Origin: an uncultured Gammaproteobacteria bacterium | GTDB taxonomy: Bacteria; Patescibacteriota; Patescibacteriia; SG8-24 | DNA: 42,759 bases | NCBI GenBank assembly: GCA_964491475.1 | Contig: CAZBFO010000003.1 | Span: forward strand, 208,534 to 251,292 | Direction: 5' to 3' | Shown here: in pieces, positions 1 through 8,909 of the stretch | Numbering within the stretch: position 1 is the stretch's first letter | How the letters are laid out: each line of letters opens with the position of its first letter | Position numbers and translations under genes: made by a program | The notes under the pieces: model-generated | What the model was told of the DNA's origin: nothing | The model's database searches: none | Seen by the model: only the letters and a program-made list of their open reading frames with translations

Positions 1-60
1 GACCGCCCGGTCTACTGCCGCGACTGCAACCGCAACCGCCGCCAGTCCTTCGGCCGCTAA
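1..60 (+). CDS. 3' end of a small zinc-ribbon protein (CxxC-x17-CxxC type), partial
   Basis: Frame 1 reads DRPVYCRDCNRNRRQSFGR-stop. RPVYCxxC is the second CxxC of this family, and a terminator follows. Confidence 0.7.
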   Translation, partial: DRPVYCRDCNRNRRQSFGR

Positions 61-79
61 ACCCGGCACGAAGAGAAAG

Positions 80-101
80 AACTCCCGCCAGGGAGTTTTT
101 T
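80..101 (+). terminator. Intrinsic terminator
   Basis: AACTCCC-GCCA-GGGAGTT stem followed by a T run, 20 nt after the stop at 60. Confidence 0.75.
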
Positions 102-196
102 CGTTGGCGCATTGACGGAAGGCCGCAGACGGGCAAAGGTGGCAGCAACGTCCTTTTTCATTCATCGATTGCGCTTGTCGCAAAGGGAGCTTCACG

Positions 197-904
197 ATGT
201 GCTGGAACGGATACGCTTCTGCCGGCATGGCCGCAGCCGGTTTCGTCGGCGCGGCCTGGTCCCGACGCAAGGGGCACGAGCCGCTGCGCTGGCTGCCGCT
301 GGTCTACTTCAGCCTGATGGAATCGTTGCAGGCCGTGACCTACGCGGTCATCGGCGATTGCGGCGGTCAGGCCAACACGCTGCTCACGCGGCTGTCGTAT
401 TTTCACATCGCCTTCCAGCCGTTCTTCATCAACCTGTTCGGCCTGTCATGGCTGCCGCGGGCGGAACGCAACTCGTGGAAGGTCCGTTGGATCATCTGGC
501 CGGCGTGCGTCATTTCGGCACTGCTCTTCGTGGTCCGCTTCGCCCTGCCGGCATGGCCGCAGGCTTGCGATCCGGCGATACAGCCGCTATGTGGCACCGA
601 CACCTGCTCGTATCACGGCGAGTGGCACATCGCCTGGAGGTTGGCCCTTAGCGGTCTCGACAGCAGGTACGTCGGCTACTTTGCCGTGGCCTTCGGCGGT
701 CCGCTGCTTTACCGGTCGTGGCGCTGGTCGCTGTATCACTTCCTGTGCGGCCCGGCGCTGATGATGGTGCTTACCAGCGACAAGAACGAGCGTCCTGCCA
801 TCTGGTGCCTGCTGTCGATCGCCTTCCTGATCGCCACGCACGTAGGGCCGGTGGAACGTTGGATGACGGTGAGGCCGCGCGCCGCCCGCGCCGCGAACGC
901 TTAA
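197..904 (+). CDS. Multi-pass membrane protein, DUF5765-like
   Basis: MCW start, YFSLMESLQA, HIAFQPFFIN, HIAW and WCLLS motifs; several hydrophobic segments; SD-like AAGGGAG upstream. Confidence 0.65.
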   Translation: MCWNGYASAGMAAAGFVGAAWSRRKGHEPLRWLPLVYFSLMESLQAVTYAVIGDCGGQANTLLTRLSYFHIAFQPFFINLFGLSWLPRAERNSWKVRWIIWPACVISALLFVVRFALPAWPQACDPAIQPLCGTDTCSYHGEWHIAWRLALSGLDSRYVGYFAVAFGGPLLYRSWRWSLYHFLCGPALMMVLTSDKNERPAIWCLLSIAFLIATHVGPVERWMTVRPRAARAANA

Positions 905-910
905 CCGCAA

Positions 911-938
911 CGGCCGCCTTTCGTGGGCGGCCGCTTTT
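911..938 (+). terminator. Intrinsic terminator
   Basis: CGGCCGCC / GGCGGCCG stem plus TTTT right after the stop at 904. Confidence 0.65.
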
Positions 939-1012
939 ATTTGCGAGGGTTGCCGGAACGGCCCGTTTGGCCTACGCTTCCGTTCTTCGCACTTTCGAAA
1001 CGAGGAAAAGAA

Positions 1013-1615
1013 ATGACCAAGCTCATCTGCATCGCCGGCGGCTCCGGTTCCGGCAAGTCTACGCTGGCCGAAGCTTTGGCGGAACGACTCGGTGCCGGTC
1101 GCGCCTCCGTTCTGGCGCTCGACGATTTTCAGAAGACCAAGGAAGAGGTGCCGCTTGCCGCGCCGTCGCTGCGACGCAACTACGACCATCCTTCCGCGGT
1201 GGACTTCCGCGGGTACGTCGAGACGCTCACTGCCCTGAAGGAGGGCAGGGACGTGACGGTGCGCCGGCGTCGCAAGACCAAGTCGATGGAGGCAGGCGTG
1301 GAAAACGGCGATCTCGTGCCCGTTGCGGCGCGCGAGTTCGTCCTGGCGGAAGGGTATCTGGCTTTGCACGACCGCGACGCCTGCGCCCTGTACGATGCGG
1401 CCATCTTCCTGCGCGCCTCGCGCGAGACGCGCGTGGGCAGGCGAAGATGGGTCAAGGACCGTGAGTACGTCGAAGAGGTGCTGCTGCCCATGCACGATTG
1501 CTTCGTGGAACCATCGGCGGAGCGCGCTTCGCTGACCATCGACATCGACGACCTGTCGCCGAGCGAGGTGTGCGCCTTCGCGCTGGCCCACGTCGGCATG
1601 AAGTGCGGCGCATGA
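1013..1615 (+). CDS. udk: Uridine/cytidine kinase family P-loop kinase
   Basis: ICIAGGSGSGKST Walker A, LALDDFQK, NYDHPSAVD, VLAEG and AAIFL motifs; SD GAGGA before ATG 1013. Confidence 0.75.
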   Translation: MTKLICIAGGSGSGKSTLAEALAERLGAGRASVLALDDFQKTKEEVPLAAPSLRRNYDHPSAVDFRGYVETLTALKEGRDVTVRRRRKTKSMEAGVENGDLVPVAAREFVLAEGYLALHDRDACALYDAAIFLRASRETRVGRRRWVKDREYVEEVLLPMHDCFVEPSAERASLTIDIDDLSPSEVCAFALAHVGMKCGA

Positions 1616-1657
1616 ACGCAAACGGCCCGATTGCTCGGACCGTTTTTTTCTTGCTTG

Positions 1658-2071
1658 TCAGGCTATGCCTTGGAGCCGCTCCAGGCGCGTGATACGCACG
1701 TCATGTTTCGCCAGGTCCGCTTTTGTGGCCAGCTGCTCGTGCATATAGGTGTCCATGCCTGCCAGCGTTTCCACGATGCCTTCTTGCGAGAGCTTCAGGT
1801 CGGTGACGTCCGTTTTAAGCACGGAGACGTCGCTCTTGAGGGTGGCGACGTCGCTCTTGAGCACGGAGACGTCGCTCTTGAGCGTCGAGACGTCTTTTTT
1901 GAGCCCAGCCATATCGGACTTCAGACCGCCGATGTCGGCATTCATGCCGGTTACTTTGGCGTCGAGCGCGTCAAACTTGCGGTTGAGGCTGACATCAACG
2001 GCCTTGATTTCGCCGCTCAACCGGTTGCCCAGCTCCGTGATCATTCCGATGATTTTCTGCTCGCCCTTCAT
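1658..2071 (-). CDS. Coiled-coil protein with heptad repeats (LKSDVxx)n
   Basis: ORF track 137 aa; heptads DVSTLKS/DVSVLKS/DVATLKS/DVSVLKT; extended -10 TGCTATAGT upstream. Confidence 0.75.
   Translation of the reverse strand: MKGEQKIIGMITELGNRLSGEIKAVDVSLNRKFDALDAKVTGMNADIGGLKSDMAGLKKDVSTLKSDVSVLKSDVATLKSDVSVLKTDVTDLKLSQEGIVETLAGMDTYMHEQLATKADLAKHDVRITRLERLQGIA
1819..1902. repeat. 21-bp tandem repeat (4 imperfect copies) inside a CDS
   Basis: GCACGGAGACGTCGCTCTTGA / GGGTGGCGACGTCGCTCTTGA / GCACGGAGACGTCGCTCTTGA / GCGTCGAGACGTCTTTTTTGA, with no spacers. Confidence 0.9.
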
Positions 2072-2162
2072 AGTACGGGTGGACTATAGCATGAGTGAAA
2101 GCGGCGGCCAATGAACCAGAGCGTCCTTTTTTCGTCAAACGCGACCAGGTTTTTGGCGGTGC

Positions 2163-2585
2163 TTATCCTTTCACGTCGACGTTGAAGCGGTACATGCCCA
2201 TGCTGCAGGTGCCTTGCAGCGTACCGGGTTGCAGTGCGCCGACGGCCACGTCGGTGGCTCCGCTCGAGGGCAGCGTCTTGCTGATGCCGAGACTGGGGAT
2301 GCGTATGCCCGCGGTGCAATCGAAGGTGCCGTCCGTCTGGAAGCGCAGCACCGTCGGTATGCCCGCTTTGGCCGAGCTGTTCTCGGGACGATAGCCGCCC
2401 TTGGCGTTGATGGTGACGATCTGCGTGCCGTCGACGACAGTCACGTTGGATCCTCCGGCGGGCGCTGCGGCGCTGGACGGTGCCGAACGCGTGACGAGCA
2501 ATCCTATGAGCAACCCGAATGCGAGCATGCCCACGAATCCGCCGATGAGCAATCCGCCGCCGTTGCCGTTTTCCGTTTTCTTCAT
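2163..2585 (-). CDS. Membrane-anchored cupredoxin-domain protein
   Basis: N-terminal TM helix, GGYRP, FDCTAG and GTCSMGMY (CxMGM) motifs; last gene of the cop operon. Confidence 0.8.
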   Translation of the reverse strand: MKKTENGNGGGLLIGGFVGMLAFGLLIGLLVTRSAPSSAAAPAGGSNVTVVDGTQIVTINAKGGYRPENSSAKAGIPTVLRFQTDGTFDCTAGIRIPSLGISKTLPSSGATDVAVGALQPGTLQGTCSMGMYRFNVDVKG

Positions 2586-2598
2586 ATGTGAGATGGGG

Positions 2599-3624
2599 TT
2601 AGAGGGAGAAGAACGGGGGGACGTATCCCGCCGCGACCAGGCTGTTCATTAGGTTGAATAGCGCGAAGACGATGACGATGATGCCTGCGGTCTTGAAGAA
2701 CACGCCTTTCTTCGGACTGTTCTCCACGCTGAAGGAGCTGAAGCTGATGAGCGACAGCACCGGCAGCGTGCCTAGTGCGAATGCAAACATCGTCAGTCCG
2801 CCCTTGGTGAAGCTCCCTACCGACAGCGTATACAGCTGCATCGACTGCGTGAAGCCGCAGGGGAGGAAGAAGGTGGCGATGCCGACCAGCGCAGGCGTCA
2901 GCACGTGCGTGAACTCGGCGGTGCCGACGGCGCGGCGTGCCAGCCGCTTGGGCATCGAGAGCTGGAGCTTGCCGCTCCATGCGAACACGTCCAGAAGGTT
3001 GACGCCCATGATCAGCATGACGATGCCGATGATGATGCCCAGCGCGAGCGTGGCGGTCGCGGACATTCGGAACACCGAGCCGAGCACGCCGATGACGCCG
3101 CCGAGGACGAAGAACGAAGCCAACCGTCCGGCATGGAACAGCATCTGCGGACGCACGCGGTCGCCGGTCTTGGCGAAGGTGGCGGACATGGCCAGCAGCA
3201 GGCCGCCGACCACCGCCATGCAGGTGGACAGGGAGGCGATGACGCCGACGACGAACGCGGTGCCGTAGGTGACGTTGCCGCCGGAGACGAGATTGACCAG
3301 GCCGGCCTTTTGCAAGGCGACGAAGGCCAGAAGGAACAGCGCGGCGATCGGCGCAGCGTAGGCGAATTCGGTCCAGTTCGCCTGATGCTTCGGCCTGTCG
3401 ATGGACAGCGAGTAGCCCCTCGGCAAGAGGACCTTGGTCAGTTCCTCGGCGATTTCCGCGACGGACTTGGTGCCGAAGTCGCCGCTGACCTCGACCGTGC
3501 GCGTGACGAGGCTCGACTTGGCGTTGGTGACGTTCGGCAGGTCAGTCAGTTCGCTTTCGGTCATCAGAATGCAGGCATGGCAGTGCATGCCTTTCACGTA
3601 GAAGGTGTGGTTTTGCGATGGCAT
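2599..3624 (-). CDS. HMA domain plus DsbD_2/TauE-SafE-like membrane protein
   Basis: GMHCHAC metal-binding loop, then STCMAVVGG, FHAGRLASF, FFLPCGFTQ and FALGTLP motifs. Confidence 0.8.
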   Translation of the reverse strand: MPSQNHTFYVKGMHCHACILMTESELTDLPNVTNAKSSLVTRTVEVSGDFGTKSVAEIAEELTKVLLPRGYSLSIDRPKHQANWTEFAYAAPIAALFLLAFVALQKAGLVNLVSGGNVTYGTAFVVGVIASLSTCMAVVGGLLLAMSATFAKTGDRVRPQMLFHAGRLASFFVLGGVIGVLGSVFRMSATATLALGIIIGIVMLIMGVNLLDVFAWSGKLQLSMPKRLARRAVGTAEFTHVLTPALVGIATFFLPCGFTQSMQLYTLSVGSFTKGGLTMFAFALGTLPVLSLISFSSFSVENSPKKGVFFKTAGIIVIVFALFNLMNSLVAAGYVPPFFSL

Positions 3625-3628
3625 ACGG

Positions 3629-5911
3629 TCAGAGCTTCTTGGTTTTCAGGCGCAGCGAGTTGCCGACGACCGAGACGGAGGACAGCGCCATGGCCATGCC
3701 CGCGAACACCGGATTCAACAGCCAGCCGAACAACGGGAAGAACAGGCCGGCGGCCAGCGGAATGCCGGCGACGTTGTAGAAGAACGCCCAGAACAGGTTC
3801 TGCTTGATGCCGCGCATGGTCAGCTTGGAAAGCCGCACGGCCTTGGCGATCTTGGAGATGTCGCCGTGCAGCAAGGTGATGCCGGCGGATTCGATGGCTA
3901 CGTCGGTGCCGGTGGCCATGGCGATGCCGACGTCCGCTTGGGCCAGCGCGGGTGCGTCGTTGACGCCGTCACCGGCCATGGCGACGACGTGACCCGCGGC
4001 CTGCAGTTCCTTGATCTTCTGCAGCTTGCCTTCAGGCAGCACTTCGGCCACGACTTCGTCGATGCCGGCCTGCTTGGCGATGAACGCGGCGGTGTTGCGG
4101 TTGTCGCCGGTCAGCATGACGACCTTGATGCCGAGCTTGTGGAGCTGGGCGACAGACGTGACCGCTTCGGGTTTGAGCGCGTCAGCGACCATGAAGATGC
4201 CGAGCAGCTTGCCGTCGGCGGCGAGCAGCACCGGCGTCTTGCCTTCGGATGCTTCGCGTTCGAGCGCCGCCGCGTCGAGCGATTCCACCAGCGGCGCGAT
4301 GAACGCGGCGCTGCCGGCAAAGTACTCCTTGCCTTCAACCATTCCCTTCAGGCCGCGGCCCTTCACCGCCTCGAAGGCGGATACTGCGGGAAGCGTCAGC
4401 CCCTTCTCGGCGGCGCGCGCAGTAATGGCGTGCGCGATGGGATGTTCGGATTTCTTTTCGAGCGCGGCGAGCAGCGCCGTGATTTCGTCGTCACCCTTTT
4501 GCGACAGGTTACGCACCGAAACCAGCTCCGGTTTTCCTTTGGTCACCGTGCCGGTCTTGTCGACCAGCAGCACGTCAGCCTTGTGGAGCTTCTCCAGCGT
4601 GGCGGCGTCCTTGATGAGGATGCCTTCCTTGGCGCCCTTGCCCACGCCCACGATGATGGCGGTCGGCGTGGCCAGGCCGAGCGCGCACGGGCAGGCGATG
4701 ACCAGCACGCCGACGAACGAAGTCAGGCCGTACGACAGCGCACGCGAGAATCCGAGCGGACCGTTGCCGAACAGCAGCCATGCCGCCAGCGTGACGAAGG
4801 CGATGACCAGCACCGTCGGCACGAACACCGACGAAATCTTGTCCGCCAGCGCCTGAATCGGCGCTCGGCTGCCTTGGGCTTCTTCGACCATGGCGATGAT
4901 CCGCGCCAGCATGGTTTCCGCACCGACCTTGGTGGCGCGGAAGGTGAACGAGCCGTCGGTGTTCATGGTGCCCGAGACGACGGCATCGCCCGCGGCCTTC
5001 TTCACGGGCATGGGTTCGCCGGTCACCACGGATTCGTCGACGTATGAGGAGCCGTCCGCGACGACTCCGTCCACGGGAATGCGACCGGCCGGTTTCACGA
5101 CCACGACGTCACCCTTCACGACCTGATTCACGGCGATCTCGACTTCTTTGCCGTCGCGAATCACCAGCGCAGTCTTGGCCTGAAGGTTCAGCAGCTTCTC
5201 GATGGCGTCGCCGGTCTTCTGCTTGGAAGCGCTTTCCAGATATTTGCCGAGCGCGATGAAGGCGATGACCACGATGGTCACGTCATAGTAGGTGTGCTCG
5301 ACGTTCAGGTACGGGCGCAGCGAATCTTCGAAGGCCGTGACGACGAAGCTGTAGAGGTACGCCGCCGAAGTGCCGATGCCGATGAGCGTGTCCATGTTGG
5401 CCTTGCCGTAGCGCAGGAAGCGGTAGAACCCAAGCAAGTACGGCTGCCCGACCACGAACAGCGCGTAGGTGGCGAAAAGCGGCAGGAGGTGATGGAAGAA
5501 CTCCTTCCAGAACGCAGTCATCTCCGGCAGTGCGCCGAACTGGATCGCGGCGTCCCAGGCCATCAGGAAGACGCTGACGGCGGCCAGAGGAAGGATGGAG
5601 AGCACCTTGGTGCGCATGGCCGCCAGCTCGGCGAGTTTTTCCTTTTTGGATTGTCCGATGCCGGTGTGCATGGAGTGGTCCTCCATCGTCATCGGCTCGG
5701 GCATCAGCAGCGAGTAGCCGAGCGGTTCAATCAGCTTGGAGAGCTTTTCGGGATTCGTCTTGGCGGGATCGAAGGACACTTTGGCCGCCTCGGTGCCGTA
5801 GTTGACCTCGGCGGAGTGGACGCCCTCGGCTTTCTTGAACGTCTTTTCGATGATGCCCGCGCACGAGGCGCAGTGCATGCCTTTGATTTTGTATGTGGTT
5901 GGGGTGGGCAT
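3629..5911 (-). CDS. copA: Cu(I)-exporting P1B-type ATPase
   Basis: GMHCASC HMA domain, TGE, CPC, DKTGT phosphorylation site, HP, GDGVNDAPAL, YN and MAxSS. The start could alternatively be 5920 or 5932. Confidence 0.93.
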   Translation of the reverse strand: MPTPTTYKIKGMHCASCAGIIEKTFKKAEGVHSAEVNYGTEAAKVSFDPAKTNPEKLSKLIEPLGYSLLMPEPMTMEDHSMHTGIGQSKKEKLAELAAMRTKVLSILPLAAVSVFLMAWDAAIQFGALPEMTAFWKEFFHHLLPLFATYALFVVGQPYLLGFYRFLRYGKANMDTLIGIGTSAAYLYSFVVTAFEDSLRPYLNVEHTYYDVTIVVIAFIALGKYLESASKQKTGDAIEKLLNLQAKTALVIRDGKEVEIAVNQVVKGDVVVVKPAGRIPVDGVVADGSSYVDESVVTGEPMPVKKAAGDAVVSGTMNTDGSFTFRATKVGAETMLARIIAMVEEAQGSRAPIQALADKISSVFVPTVLVIAFVTLAAWLLFGNGPLGFSRALSYGLTSFVGVLVIACPCALGLATPTAIIVGVGKGAKEGILIKDAATLEKLHKADVLLVDKTGTVTKGKPELVSVRNLSQKGDDEITALLAALEKKSEHPIAHAITARAAEKGLTLPAVSAFEAVKGRGLKGMVEGKEYFAGSAAFIAPLVESLDAAALEREASEGKTPVLLAADGKLLGIFMVADALKPEAVTSVAQLHKLGIKVVMLTGDNRNTAAFIAKQAGIDEVVAEVLPEGKLQKIKELQAAGHVVAMAGDGVNDAPALAQADVGIAMATGTDVAIESAGITLLHGDISKIAKAVRLSKLTMRGIKQNLFWAFFYNVAGIPLAAGLFFPLFGWLLNPVFAGMAMALSSVSVVGNSLRLKTKKL

Positions 5912-5932
5912 AACAGTCATTTCCGTAATCAA

Positions 5933-5974
5933 AAACCAAACGTAAGACCGAATAGTCGGTCCGACGTTTGGTTT
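5933..5974 (-). promoter_or_regulatory. Long hairpin (possible terminator/attenuator) between the upstream small ORF and copA
   Basis: AAACCAAACGT..GACCGA-loop-TCGGTC..ACGTTTGGTTT. On the minus strand the stem ends in GGTTTTT. Confidence 0.55.
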
Positions 5975-6359
5975 AATTCCGCAGGATGACCGTGGCGATG
6001 CTTTGATGCCTGAACGCCTTCCCTATGCCTTCGCGCCAGCGGTCGGTTTGCGCCATCGCGGCGGCGACAGGGAGAATCGTCGCACCCAGGAACGCGCCGA
6101 GGAAAGCGGCGATAACCAGTATGACCGAGGCAAGCGGCACCGGCAGCACCGCTCCGGAGAGCGCGCTGGCCGAGGAGATGCAATGATTGATGCAGCCCAA
6201 GTCACCCGGGGCCGAATCGCTCATCGGCGCGCAGTGCATGCCGACGCAGCCGTCGCCCATATCGGACATCATCTGCATGCCGAAAAGCGAAAGCCCCGCA
6301 AACGTGGCGGTCAGCAGGCCGAAGGCGGCGAGCAGGAATGTAGCGATCAAGCGGCGCAT
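5973..6359 (-). CDS. Small Met/Cys/His-rich membrane protein preceding copA
   Basis: Hydrophobic N-terminus, MQMMSDMGDGCVGMHC..CINHC segment, second hydrophobic helix; extended -10 TGCTACCGT at 6369-6377. Confidence 0.65.
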   Translation of the reverse strand: MRRLIATFLLAAFGLLTATFAGLSLFGMQMMSDMGDGCVGMHCAPMSDSAPGDLGCINHCISSASALSGAVLPVPLASVILVIAAFLGAFLGATILPVAAAMAQTDRWREGIGKAFRHQSIATVILRN

Positions 6360-6415
6360 ATCGCTTCAACGGTAGCACCGGCGTGCGCGTGTGGCAATCC
6401 TCCCTCCTGTGCATC

Positions 6416-6444
6416 AAAAAATCCCGCCTGATGGCGGGATTTTT
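6416..6444. terminator. Intrinsic terminator after ahpC
   Basis: AAAAAATCCCGCC-TGAT-GGCGGGATTTTT. Confidence 0.85.
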
Positions 6445-6450
6445 CTTCGC

Positions 6451-7065
6451 TTACGCCTTGCCGAGCGTCTTGTCGCCCTCTTCCCATTCGACGGGGCAGA
6501 GGTCGCCGCTTTGGACGGCCTTCAGCACGCGGAGCGTCTCCTTGACCGAGCGGCCGACAGAGCCGGCGGACACGATGATGTACTTCACGACGCCTTCCGG
6601 GTCGATGACGTAGAGGCCGCGACCGGCGGAACCGTCGTCATTGAGCACGCCGTAGGCGCGAGCGATTTCCAGTGTGGTGTCGGCGATGATCGGGTAGCTG
6701 ACTTCAGGAAGATCGCGCTCGAACCAGTTCTTATGGCTCCACTCGGAGTCGGTCGAAGCGGCGATGACTTCGCAGTTCAGCGCCTTGAAGTCAGCCTCGT
6801 GCTTGGCAAAGCCCTTGATCTCCGTGGGGCAGATGAAGGTGAAATCGCGGGGGTAGAAGAAGAACACCACCCACTTGCCGAGGTAGTCGCCCAGGCTGAC
6901 GTGGGTGAAGCCGTCCTTGTCGCCCTTGCCCTTCTGGTAGGCCATGGCGTTGCGGAACGCCGGGGCGCGCTTGTTGATCTTCACTTCGAACGAAGAGCCG
7001 CTGTCGCTGCCGCAGCTTCCGCCTCCGCAACCGCCGCCTCCGCACATACCGTCTCCACAGCTCAT
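6451..7065 (-). CDS. ahpC: 2-Cys peroxiredoxin with Cys/Gly-rich N-terminal extension
   Basis: YPRDFTFICPTEI (peroxidatic Cys), GDLCPVEW (resolving Cys) and IIDP-like VIDPEG motifs. Confidence 0.9.
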   Translation of the reverse strand: MSCGDGMCGGGGCGGGSCGSDSGSSFEVKINKRAPAFRNAMAYQKGKGDKDGFTHVSLGDYLGKWVVFFFYPRDFTFICPTEIKGFAKHEADFKALNCEVIAASTDSEWSHKNWFERDLPEVSYPIIADTTLEIARAYGVLNDDGSAGRGLYVIDPEGVVKYIIVSAGSVGRSVKETLRVLKAVQSGDLCPVEWEEGDKTLGKA

Positions 7066-7188
7066 ATAAGGTAAGGTAAAAATGATGATTGATACGAACG
7101 TATGGACAGGTTATCCTTAGATACCGGGAGCGTCAACCGTTCATCGGTCGAGAATCTCGATTTTTCAACGCTTTTCACGCATTAGGCT

Positions 7189-8829
7189 ATGACTGCCGCA
7201 GAACTGCTGGTTCGTTCGCTCGAAAACGAAGGGGTGACTCATGTTTTTGGAGTCCCTGGCGAGGAAAACTTGGACTTTTTGGCGGCGCTAGAAGGGTCGA
7301 AGATTCGATTCGTGGTGACGCGGCACGAGCAGGCAGCAGGCTTCATGGCGGCGACGCTGGGGCGCCTCACCGGCAACGTCGGCGTGTGCCTTTCGACGCT
7401 CGGTCCCGGCGCGATGAACTTCACCACTGCGGCGGCGTACGCGCAGCTTGGCGGCATGCCGATGCTGATGATCACTGGGCAGAAGCCCATCCGCAAGAGC
7501 AAGCAGGGACAGTTTCAGATCGTCGACACCGTCGAGACGATGCGTCCGCTCACCAAGTACGCCAAGCAGATCGTTTCCGCCGCGACGGTGCCCAGCATCG
7601 TGCGCGAAGCCTTCCGCATGGCCGAAGAGGAGCGACCGGGCGCGGTGCATCTTGAGCTACCCGAAGATGTCGCCGCCGACGAGGCGACGGGGGAGCCGTT
7701 CGCCGTTTCCGCGCCGCGCAGGCCGGTGGCGGACGAGAAGGCCGTCGTCGCGGCGGCGGCGATGATTGAAACGGCGAAGCATCCGTTGCTGCTGGTCGGA
7801 GCAGGCGCCAACCGCAAGCTCACTTCAAAGATGCTGGCTGCGTTCGTAGAGAAGACCGGTATCCCGTTCTTCAACACGCAGCTGGGCAAGGGCGTCATCG
7901 ACGAGCGGCACGCGCTGTTCATGGGAACGGCCGCGCTTTCCGACAACGACTACCTGCACTGCGCCATCGCCAAGGCCGACCTGATCATCAACGTGGGGCA
8001 CGACGTGGTGGAGAAGCCGCCGTTCATCATGCACCACGGCGGCACGCACGTCATTCACGTCAACTTCACTTCGGCCCGTGTCGACGAGATTTATTTTCCG
8101 CAACTCGAAGCGGTCGGCGACATCGCCAACACCATCTGGCGTTTGTCCGAACGCGTGCAGTCGCAGAAGACTTGGGACTTCGCTTACTTCAACCGCATCA
8201 AGGAGCAGCTCGACAAGCACATGGGAGAACATGCCGACGATGCGCGGTTTCCGCTCGCGCCGCAACGCGTGGTCGCCGACGTCCGCAAGGCCCTGCCTAA
8301 TGACGGCGTGCTGACGCTGGACAACGGCATGTACAAGCTGTGGTTCGCCCGAAACTACCGAGCGTATGCGCCGAACACCTTGCTGCTCGACAACGCTCTC
8401 GCCACCATGGGCGCTGGCCTGCCCTCGGCCATCGCCGCCAAGATGGCCAATCCCGAAAAGCGCGTCATCTCGGTCTGCGGCGACGGCGGCTTCATGATGA
8501 ACTCGCAGGAGCTGGAAACGGCGGTGCGCCTCGGTCTGGATTTGGTGGTGGTCATCCTGAACGACAGCGGCTTCGGCATGATCAAGTGGAAGCAGCAGGC
8601 GTCGGGGTTCAACAACTTCGGTCTCGACTTCACCAATCCGGATTTCGTGAAATACGCCGAGGCCTACGGCGCTCATGGGCATCGTGTCACGTCTGCGGAG
8701 GATTTCGGCGCGACTCTTTCGCGCGTGCTAAACGAAAAAGGCGTGCACCTGATCGACGTGCCGATCGACTACTCCGAGAACGACCGCGTCTTCACTAAGG
8801 AGCTCAAGGAGAAGACCTGCGCGCTGTAG
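7189..8829 (+). CDS. ThDP-dependent enzyme, acetolactate synthase-like (possibly 2-oxoglutarate decarboxylase clade)
   Basis: FGVPGEEN, TRHEQAAGFMA, TLGPG and GDGGFMMN(x)nLNDSG ThDP-binding motif. Confidence 0.88.
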   Translation: MTAAELLVRSLENEGVTHVFGVPGEENLDFLAALEGSKIRFVVTRHEQAAGFMAATLGRLTGNVGVCLSTLGPGAMNFTTAAAYAQLGGMPMLMITGQKPIRKSKQGQFQIVDTVETMRPLTKYAKQIVSAATVPSIVREAFRMAEEERPGAVHLELPEDVAADEATGEPFAVSAPRRPVADEKAVVAAAAMIETAKHPLLLVGAGANRKLTSKMLAAFVEKTGIPFFNTQLGKGVIDERHALFMGTAALSDNDYLHCAIAKADLIINVGHDVVEKPPFIMHHGGTHVIHVNFTSARVDEIYFPQLEAVGDIANTIWRLSERVQSQKTWDFAYFNRIKEQLDKHMGEHADDARFPLAPQRVVADVRKALPNDGVLTLDNGMYKLWFARNYRAYAPNTLLLDNALATMGAGLPSAIAAKMANPEKRVISVCGDGGFMMNSQELETAVRLGLDLVVVILNDSGFGMIKWKQQASGFNNFGLDFTNPDFVKYAEAYGAHGHRVTSAEDFGATLSRVLNEKGVHLIDVPIDYSENDRVFTKELKEKTCAL

Positions 8830-8909
8830 CCGCGGGCAGCCTGTACAAATTCGAGGTTTTTTGCCACCCTGACCCCGCGTTCGCTCATTCCGAACCGGGA
8901 GAAAACATC

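Noticed and set aside
1819-1902. Possible CRISPR array
   Set aside because: The repeats are contiguous with no spacers, are in frame within a CDS, and no cas genes are present.
7189-8829. ilvB of branched-chain amino-acid synthesis
   Set aside because: No regulatory subunit or ilvC/ilvD in the window and it is paired with an ALDH. Left without a gene symbol.
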